Positions 57,949 to 64,000 of a stretch of 64,000 nt of DNA are shown piece by piece. Source of the DNA: an uncultured Planctomycetota bacterium (GTDB lineage: Bacteria; Planctomycetota; Planctomycetia; Pirellulales; PNKZ01); NCBI GenBank assembly GCA_963708675.1, contig CAVPTO010000003.1:4740719-4804718 (forward strand), given 5' to 3'. How positions within the stretch are numbered: position 1 is the first letter of the stretch; every line of letters starts with the position of its first letter. The position numbers and the translations under genes were made by a program. The notes under the pieces were generated by a model. The model had not been told where the DNA came from. It ran no database searches and saw only the letters and a list, made by a program, of their open reading frames with translations.

Positions 57949-58122
57949 TCAGACCTTGCCGTGCGACTCCACCAGCCGGCCGATGCAGAAGAGGCACACT
58001 GCGCCGCCCAGCATCGCCAGTTCTTGCCAACCCTTTGCCAGCCCGCCGCTGAATTGCAGCAGCAACGCCATCGGGGCGACGACCAATGCGACGATTTGGA
58101 ACAGCCGGCCGACGCGCCGCAT
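57949..58122 (-). CDS. Unlisted 57-aa two-TM mini-protein (tentative)
   Basis: Hand translation gives MRRVGRLFQIVALVVAPMALLLQFSGGLAKGWQELAMLGGAVCLFCIGRLVESHGKV. Two hydrophobic helices, a positive N-terminus, and G/C-rich third positions. Below the track cutoff. Confidence 0.35.
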   Translation of the reverse strand: MRRVGRLFQIVALVVAPMALLLQFSGGLAKGWQELAMLGGAVCLFCIGRLVESHGKV

Positions 58123-58249
58123 GAAGAATCACCATCATTTGCTCGGTTAGCCGCGACGCGCCAGCGGAGCGATCGGCTTCGCCTCGCGGCTAACCAACGT
58201 AATCTCGCAGCCCGTAGCAGAATGCTCTCCAATCGTACACCATGACCCG

Positions 58250-58624
58250 ATGCAAATGTTAACGCACATCCGCCGGGCTCTCGCACTGCGTTGCCCTCGC
58301 TGCGGGCAAGGCAAGCTCTTCCGCGGCTGGTTCACCATGTACGAGCGCTGCTCGCATTGCGACCTGCTGTTCCAGCGCGAGCCCGGCTACTTCCTCGGTT
58401 CGATCTACTTCAACTACGGCATCACCGCTTCGGTGGTGACCGTGACCTATTTCGCGCTCTTCTTCACGACGGATATTCCGCCGCGCGTGTTGCTGTGGTC
58501 CCTGGTCGCGTACTGCGTCGTGTTCCCGCTTTGGTTCTTCCGCTATGCGCGAGCCTTGTGGATGGGCTGCGATGAATGGCTCGACTCGCAGAGCGAGGAA
58601 CCTTCAAACGGCCGACGCCAATGA
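58250..58624 (+). CDS. DUF983-domain membrane protein
   Basis: Zinc-ribbon-like CPRCGQGKLF...CSHCDL is followed by two TM segments, the DUF983 layout. Confidence 0.8.
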   Translation: MQMLTHIRRALALRCPRCGQGKLFRGWFTMYERCSHCDLLFQREPGYFLGSIYFNYGITASVVTVTYFALFFTTDIPPRVLLWSLVAYCVVFPLWFFRYARALWMGCDEWLDSQSEEPSNGRRQ

Positions 58625-58682
58625 TGCGCCTCGGACTTCCCGCCGTGTTAGACTATGAAGAGGTTTCACCAACGAGGCTCGC

Positions 58683-58904
58683 ATGACTCCGCTTGAGCAA
58701 CTCGGAATCGATCGACTCGGAATCGACGAGCGATTGGACCTGATCGGACAGATTTGGGATACGATTGCGCGGGCACCGGCCGAATGGGTCATGCCTCCCA
58801 GCCATGCTCGAGAGCTCGAACGACGTATCGCCGCGGCTGATGCCAAGCCTGACGCTTCCGTGCCTTGGGAAGAAGTAAAAGCTCGCCTCAAGAAACGGCC
58901 ATGA
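58683..58904 (+). CDS. Addiction-module antitoxin (TIGR02574-type component)
   Basis: 73 aa. The LDLIGQIWDTI...ELERRIAA...W.EVKARL pattern is typical of this antitoxin family. ATGA overlap with the downstream ParE-like ORF. Confidence 0.8.
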   Translation: MTPLEQLGIDRLGIDERLDLIGQIWDTIARAPAEWVMPPSHARELERRIAAADAKPDASVPWEEVKARLKKRP

Positions 58905-59197
58905 GCCTACCGATCTCGCTGCGGCCCGAAGCGGAACACGACGTCCGTGATGCCACAGACTGGTACGACTCGTAGCGTCCCGGATTGAGTGATGGCTTCC
59001 TAGCCGCCCTCGAAGATCTGCTTAGGCAAGTAAGCGAGATGCCGGAAATGTATCCCGTCGTTTCGGGAACGATTCGGGCGGGGCTGTTAAGACGATATCC
59101 CTACGTTGTCTATCACCGCGTTCTCGCCGACCGCATCGAAGTCTTGGCAGTGTTGCATGGCAGCCGAGACACAAGTGTCTGGCAATCGCGGAAGTGA
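58901..59197 (+). pseudogene. parE: RelE/ParE-family toxin gene with an in-frame amber codon at codon 25
   Basis: ATG 58901 reads MSLPISLRPEAEHDVRDATDWYDS, then TAG (58973-58975), then continues in the same frame RPGLSDGFLAALEDL...YVVYHRVLADRIEVLAVLHGSRD, a ParE-type C-terminus. Confidence 0.75.
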
Positions 59198-59207
59198 AGA
59201 CGGCCGG

Positions 59208-59498
59208 TTACGCGCCGACTGGCTCTTCTTGGCGCATCTCAGCGTGAGCGGCGGTCGATGCCGCACGTTCGCGACGGGCGCGGCGAAGCTGGAAGTAGAT
59301 GTAGGTGCCGAAGCTGCCGAGCGTGACGAAGGGCATCGCCATCATGAACAGGATGCTGTACATGTAGGCGGTGACGATGTCGCCTTGAGCGGCGTCGTGA
59401 CTGCCGAGCGCGAGCTTGCAGGTGGGGCAGGCCTCGGCGATCGATGCCGCAAGCAGCACGACGACGGCGAAGAGCAGCAGGCTAACGCGGCGGAACAT
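59208..59498 (-). CDS. Small membrane protein with CxxC motif (oxidase-cluster associated)
   Basis: Start re-set to MFRRVSLLLFAVVVLLAASIAEACPTCKLA (ATG 59498). A second TM segment is YSILFMMAMPFVTLGSFGTYIYF. The upstream part of the track ORF overlaps the DUF420 gene in another frame. Confidence 0.55.
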   Translation of the reverse strand: MFRRVSLLLFAVVVLLAASIAEACPTCKLALGSHDAAQGDIVTAYMYSILFMMAMPFVTLGSFGTYIYFQLRRARRERAASTAAHAEMRQEEPVGA

Positions 59499-59554
59499 CG
59501 CAATCGTCCTCACGAAGATCACACGCCTCACCCAGGAATCACGGCACGCGGGAC

Positions 59555-60031
59555 TCACGGCATTGTAGATTGCAGCGCCGTCGATGGCCAGAGATGGTAC
59601 AGCATCAGATAAATCACCACGCCCGTGACCGAGACGTACAGCCAAATCGGCCAGGTCCACCAGGCCCAACGGCGATGGGCCGCCCGCCGGTCGCGAAAGC
59701 CGAGCACGATGGTGACGATCGCCAGCACCGGCACCGCGGCGGCCAACACAACGTGCGTAAGTAGGATCGTGTAGTAGACGTACCGCACGGGCGACGGGTC
59801 GGTGAACTTCACGCTGCCCACGTAGTAGTGGTAAAAGAGATACGTCGTGAGAAACGCGATGCTCACGCCGAAGGCTGCGACCATCGTCCACTTATGCGCC
59901 GTCTCGCGCTTCTGCTTGATGAGGACGTAGCCCCACACGAGCAGCACCGTCGCCAACCCGTTGAGCGACGCATTCACCGCCGGCAGATCGTGGACCGTCA
60001 TTCCGAGTAGTGCGACGCCTGCTTCGTTCAC
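59555..60031 (-). CDS. DUF420-domain membrane protein
   Basis: Four-TM protein with the LPAVNASLNGLATVLL motif and conserved His residues. GTGA overlap with the SCO gene. Confidence 0.85.
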   Translation of the reverse strand: MNEAGVALLGMTVHDLPAVNASLNGLATVLLVWGYVLIKQKRETAHKWTMVAAFGVSIAFLTTYLFYHYYVGSVKFTDPSPVRYVYYTILLTHVVLAAAVPVLAIVTIVLGFRDRRAAHRRWAWWTWPIWLYVSVTGVVIYLMLYHLWPSTALQSTMP

Positions 60032-60687
60032 GACGGCGACTCCACCGCTTGCGGTTTCGCGCTGGCCGGCTGCTCCTTCAACACCTTATCGAGCGTCCTC
60101 CTGAACGACTCCAACTCCAGCGGCTCGCGCGATCGCCACGTTCCTCGCACCTTGCCTTTGCGATCGACGAGGATGATGCGATCACTGTGTTCCTTGCCCA
60201 TCACGGTCACATGGAACACGTCCTGCCCCAACTCCTTCGTTTCGGTCAGCGGGCCGGTGAGGAACAACCATTCCTTGGGATCGGCCTTGTAGTGTTCCGC
60301 ATATTTGCGAAGCACCTCGGGCGTGTCGGTGTCGGGGTCGACCGTGACGCTGACGATCTTTACGCCACGCTCCTTCAGTTCGGGCTGCAGCGTCGAGATG
60401 ATTTGATTCATCTGCGCACAGAAACCCGGACAACTGGCGAAGAAAAAGCTCGCAACCCAAACATCGCCTTCGAGCGCGCCGAGGTTCAGCGACTCGCCGC
60501 TCTTCTCGGTGAACGTGAAGTCAGACAGCGGACGGCTGGGCGTGTCGGTTGACGCGCTCTCCGAATCAGTCGCTCCCGTGCCCTGCGAGACGTTCATCGC
60601 GTGTGCATGCCGCCAAAACGAATACGCTCCGTAGGCCCCGACCACGGCGAGCATCACACTCAACCACAAACGCACCGCGAGCGTCAT
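60028..60687 (-). CDS. SCO-family copper chaperone / thioredoxin-fold protein
   Basis: Start re-set to MTLAVRLWLSVMLAVVGAYGAY (ATG 60687, ATGA overlap). CxxxC motif FASCPGFC and downstream DPDTDTPEVL. Confidence 0.9.
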   Translation of the reverse strand: MTLAVRLWLSVMLAVVGAYGAYSFWRHAHAMNVSQGTGATDSESASTDTPSRPLSDFTFTEKSGESLNLGALEGDVWVASFFFASCPGFCAQMNQIISTLQPELKERGVKIVSVTVDPDTDTPEVLRKYAEHYKADPKEWLFLTGPLTETKELGQDVFHVTVMGKEHSDRIILVDRKGKVRGTWRSREPLELESFRRTLDKVLKEQPASAKPQAVESPS

Positions 60688-61508
60688 AACAAATCTCCTG
60701 TCGTTCGCGTGCCAGCCACCTTGCACGAAAGCGCGAACGTGAGCACCGCAAACAAGAGCGTGACGATCCAACACACACTGAGCGACGGCAAGCCGGCCAG
60801 CAGCGGCGTCGCCGCATCGCCAAGTGGTAAGTATAGCAGTCGCCGCACGCCGGCAACGCCATACGTCAGGGGGTTCAGCGCCAGCACCCAACCGAGCCAT
60901 CCGCCTTGTGCCGGAAAGAACGCGCCCGAGAGCAGCCACATCGGCATCAGGAACACGCTCATGATCGCATGGAAGCCTTGCGTGGAATCCATCCGCCATG
61001 CGATGAGAAAGCCAAGCCCCGTGAGCGCGATCGAAAGCACAAACAACAGCGCGGTGATCGCGACGAGCGACAGCGCGGTGAAGCGCAGCCCCAACGTCAC
61101 GCCCAGCGCCAGGAAGATCATCCCCTGCACCATCGCGATCGATGAGGCGCCGACGATCTTGCCGAGCACCATCGACCATCGCGGGATCGGAGCGACGAGC
61201 ACCGATTGCAAGAAGCCTTCGCGGCGATCTTCGATGATCGAGATCGTGGCGAAGATCGCGGTGAACAGCAGAATGAGCACGATGATGCCGGGAAAGAAAT
61301 ACTCGGCATACGACGGCCCTGCACCGGCGGCCGTTTCGGTCATGCGAAACGACGGCCCCAGCCCCGCGCTGAACAGCAGCCAAAAGATAATCGGTTGACC
61401 GAGCGCGCCGAACACGCGATTCCGCTGACGCACGAAGCGCAACACCTCGCGCATCGCCAGCGCCGTGGCTGCGCGAATGGCCGAGATGGGCTGGGCGTCA
61501 CTTCGCAT
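60684..61508 (-). CDS. ABC-2-type transporter permease
   Basis: Six hydrophobic segments. N-terminal AMREVLRFVRQRNRVFGAL motif typical of ABC-2 permeases. Overlaps the ATPase gene by 11 nt. Confidence 0.85.
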   Translation of the reverse strand: MRSDAQPISAIRAATALAMREVLRFVRQRNRVFGALGQPIIFWLLFSAGLGPSFRMTETAAGAGPSYAEYFFPGIIVLILLFTAIFATISIIEDRREGFLQSVLVAPIPRWSMVLGKIVGASSIAMVQGMIFLALGVTLGLRFTALSLVAITALLFVLSIALTGLGFLIAWRMDSTQGFHAIMSVFLMPMWLLSGAFFPAQGGWLGWVLALNPLTYGVAGVRRLLYLPLGDAATPLLAGLPSLSVCWIVTLLFAVLTFALSCKVAGTRTTGDLL

Positions 61509-62445
61509 GTTGAGTCTCGACTTCCTCGGTCATGCGTCGCCCTGTCCGATCGATGAACACGTCTTCGAGCGTCGGGCGACCCAACGTCACCGCCTGGATG
61601 CGCCCACTGAAGGCCTCGACCAATTGCGGAATGAGGCGATGACCGTCCGGCTCTTCGAGCCGCACGCGACCGTCCACGACCTTCGCCGTGCGCTGGAAAC
61701 GCGACGCGATTTCCGCGACGAGCGCCGCGGGCTCGGTCGTTTCGATGGTGATCGAGTCGCCACCCACGGTCGACCGCAGACGGTCGGGCGTATCGAGGGC
61801 GACGAGCTTGCCGCGATCCATGATCGCCAGACGATCGACCTTCTTGGCCTCTTCGAGCAAATGCGTGGTGAGCACAATCGTCACACCATCCGTGCGGCGG
61901 ATCTCGTGCAGATATTCCCACAAGTCGGTCCGTGCGCCGGGGTCGAGCCCCGTGCTGGGTTCGTCGAGCAGCAAGATCGGTGGGCGATGCAGCAGTCCCT
62001 TCGCGAGTTCAACTCGCCGTCGCAATCCGCCGGAAAGCGTCTCGACCATATCTCGCCTGCGATCGGTGAGGCGAAAGCGTTCGAGCAGCGCGTCCTCGGC
62101 GCGCCGCAGCGGCTCGCCCGACATGCCAACCAGCGGGCCGTGAAAACGCAGGTTCTCGGAGACCGTCAGTTTTTTGTCGAGGCTCGGCGCTTGGAACACG
62201 ACACCGAGTTGCTGTTGCACCGAGCGGCGATCGCGCGTGATGTCGAGGCCGAGCACTTCGATCTTTCCTTGCTGCGGCGGCAGCAGGGTCGAAAGGACGC
62301 GGAACAGCGTGGTCTTGCCACTGCCGTTGGGGCCGAGGATGGCGAGCAGTTCGCCTTGGCTGATCTGCAAGTCGAGTCCGTCGATCGCGCGACGCGAGCC
62401 GTAATCGTGCACCAACCGCGAGATACTGATCGCCGTCGCGGTCAT
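61498..62445 (-). CDS. ABC transporter ATP-binding protein (ABC-2 exporter type)
   Basis: Walker A GPNGSGKTT, signature LSGGLRRRV, Walker B LLLDEPSTGLD. Confidence 0.9.
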   Translation of the reverse strand: MTATAISISRLVHDYGSRRAIDGLDLQISQGELLAILGPNGSGKTTLFRVLSTLLPPQQGKIEVLGLDITRDRRSVQQQLGVVFQAPSLDKKLTVSENLRFHGPLVGMSGEPLRRAEDALLERFRLTDRRRDMVETLSGGLRRRVELAKGLLHRPPILLLDEPSTGLDPGARTDLWEYLHEIRRTDGVTIVLTTHLLEEAKKVDRLAIMDRGKLVALDTPDRLRSTVGGDSITIETTEPAALVAEIASRFQRTAKVVDGRVRLEEPDGHRLIPQLVEAFSGRIQAVTLGRPTLEDVFIDRTGRRMTEEVETQHAK

Positions 62446-62937
62446 CTAGTGCTTGTGCGCATCGCCGGGGGCATGATCGTGGTCGTGATCATGATCGGCG
62501 GCCAGCGTGGCGCTGGCGTTTTCGATGCTGCGAGCGTCGGCGGCTGTGCCGACGTATTCCTTGCGCTCTGCGGAATATCGCCGCACACGCATGCCCACGT
62601 CGGGGATGAGCGCGATGACGAGAAACGCGCTCATGATCGACGCCGGAATCGTCAGCACGTATTTCCAGTCGGCCTCGTACTTCAAGTGCATGAAGACCAG
62701 AATCACGAGCGACGCCTTGGTGCACGAGACAGCCATCATGAAGAACCAGCCGACAGCGGGCTTGTGATGGTACGGCCAAAACTCGGAGTAGGTGAAGAAC
62801 GACGCCCCCGTGAGCACGCACAACGCGAGGAACACGTAGATGTACTTGGCCAACGAGTGTTCGCCGCCGTGATCGCCATGCACGGGATCGTGATGTCCCG
62901 GATGCGGATGGGCGTAAGGATCGTGCGTTGGGTCCAT
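62446..62937 (-). CDS. Prokaryotic cytochrome c oxidase subunit IV family protein with His/Asp-rich tails
   Basis: The core YIYVFLALCVLTGASF...ASLVILVFMHLKYE matches the COX4_pro pattern. N-terminus HDPYAHPHPGHHDPVHGDHGGEH and C-terminus DHDHDHDHAPGDAHKH. Confidence 0.8.
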   Translation of the reverse strand: MDPTHDPYAHPHPGHHDPVHGDHGGEHSLAKYIYVFLALCVLTGASFFTYSEFWPYHHKPAVGWFFMMAVSCTKASLVILVFMHLKYEADWKYVLTIPASIMSAFLVIALIPDVGMRVRRYSAERKEYVGTAADARSIENASATLAADHDHDHDHAPGDAHKH

Positions 62938-63008
62938 ATCGTTTCAACCAATCCGTTTAGCCGGCGAGCTTGCTCGCCGTGCCGGTGACGTGTCTCGGAA
63001 CCAGGCGA

Positions 63009-63962
63009 TCAGAACAAATACAGCAGCGGGAACAGGAAGATCCACACCAAGTCGACGAAGTGCCAATACAACCCGATGTTCTCAACACCGTTGACGCATG
63101 TCGAGTCGAGTTTCCAAGTGAGCAGCATAATCGCGAAGAAAATCAGCCCGACGAGGACGTGCACGGCATGAAAACCGGTGAGCAGGAAGTACGAACTCGC
63201 CCACATGTTCCCGCCGGGAATGACGATCGGCATCTTGAGCCATGAGTATTTGTCGTTCAGTCCATGCAGATGTTCGTGCGACCCCGGGGCGGGGAGCGGC
63301 ATGATTTTGGCCGCGAGCGTCACCAGATCTGCCGGGTCGGTCGAGGCCGCCAACGCCGCAATCTTTTCTTGCTCGACGATGCCGTTGACCTCGGCCTGCT
63401 CTTTCTCGACGGTCTCCAGTTTCTCGCTGCTTTGGTTGTTCTTGATCGCGTTGATGCGCAACGTGAACCCGAGCTTCAACTCGAGCAGCCTCGTGCGAAC
63501 AGCGGAGCCGTAGTACAGGTCGGGACGTTCGTAGATCGCGCTGCGTGGAGAGGCGGGATAAATGCCGTGATCGAACTTGGCCATGTACTCGAACCCCTTC
63601 ACGCCGAGGAACAACGAACCAAGCGCCAGCGTGACGGCCATCCACATGCGGGCTGCGGCGGACTTGTTCACTCGAGCCGACTCGAAGCAGAGCACGATCG
63701 ACACGCTGGAGCAGATGAGCACGAACGTGTTGAACGCGCCGATCGGTTCGCTGAGATGCACGGCATGCGGCACCGGCCAGGTCATCGCGCCGAAGCGAAT
63801 GACGATATACGTGCCGATGAGCGCGGCGAAGAACATGATCTCGGTCGAAAGGAACAGCCACATGAACAGCTTGCCGTTGTTGATCGGCAGGCCGTCGTGG
63901 TACTGCAGCTTCAAATGGCCGTGACCGTGGTCATGACCGGCGTCGTGTGCAATCGTTGCCAT
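63009..63962 (-). CDS. ctaE: Heme-copper (caa3-type) cytochrome c oxidase subunit III with ~100-aa soluble insertion
   Basis: [18 protein letters not shown] and [14 protein letters not shown] motifs and the terminal [16 protein letters not shown]. His-rich N-terminus [11 protein letters not shown]. Confidence 0.9.
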   Translation of the reverse strand: MATIAHDAGHDHGHGHLKLQYHDGLPINNGKLFMWLFLSTEIMFFAALIGTYIVIRFGAMTWPVPHAVHLSEPIGAFNTFVLICSSVSIVLCFESARVNKSAAARMWMAVTLALGSLFLGVKGFEYMAKFDHGIYPASPRSAIYERPDLYYGSAVRTRLLELKLGFTLRINAIKNNQSSEKLETVEKEQAEVNGIVEQEKIAALAASTDPADLVTLAAKIMPLPAPGSHEHLHGLNDKYSWLKMPIVIPGGNMWASSYFLLTGFHAVHVLVGLIFFAIMLLTWKLDSTCVNGVENIGLYWHFVDLVWIFLFPLLYLF

Positions 63963-64000
63963 GTCACCCTGTTTAGCCGGCCCGCTTGCGGACCGTGTTG

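Noticed and set aside
61465-62988. 507-aa plus-strand ORF
   Set aside because: It is antisense to the ABC ATPase and cox subunit IV genes, both of which have clear family motifs on the minus strand.

Overview
GC-rich chromosomal segment. 100-nt samples I counted gave about 62% G+C, against about 46% in one island. Gene content suggests Planctomycetota, Pirellulales-like (inference): DUF1080, a MoxR/DUF58/BatA-VWA cluster, a prenyltransferase/squalene-oxidase-repeat protein, an NPCBM protein, PQQ-propeller and MORN-variant proteins, and a caa3-type oxidase accessory cluster. I support about 58 protein-coding genes, and many are joined by ATGA/GTGA stop-start overlaps. I recognised no rRNA, tRNA, CRISPR array, transposase or integrase. 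Many long track ORFs are antisense shadows or 5'-overextended versions of the real genes; I re-set starts where a signal peptide, a family N-terminus or a stop-start overlap supported it. The most notable observations follow. (1) A 14-16 kb co-directional MoxR-DUF58-VWA-VWA cluster is extended by a giant coiled-coil membrane protein, a Q/S-rich secreted protein, an alpha/alpha-toroid protein and an NPCBM protein. (2) A roughly 130-bp nested-palindrome repeat family has 4 copies that almost completely fill intergenic spacers, three of them inside that cluster, and one appears to supply a start codon. (3) A low-GC SUKH/SMI1-KNR4-like gene is inserted at the yjbQ/permease junction and is bracketed by a 57-bp duplication of that junction. 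(4) Several other palindromic or MITE-like intergenic element families and an over-represented 11-mer are present. (5) Three genes are disrupted: two frameshifts and one amber codon in a ParE toxin. (6) Two sub-60-aa ORFs are missing from the track: a 41-aa zinc ribbon and a 57-aa two-TM protein. (7) A cytochrome oxidase accessory cluster carries an embedded ABC-2 exporter and His/Asp-rich tails. All family assignments rest on motif recognition by eye. No database search was run.
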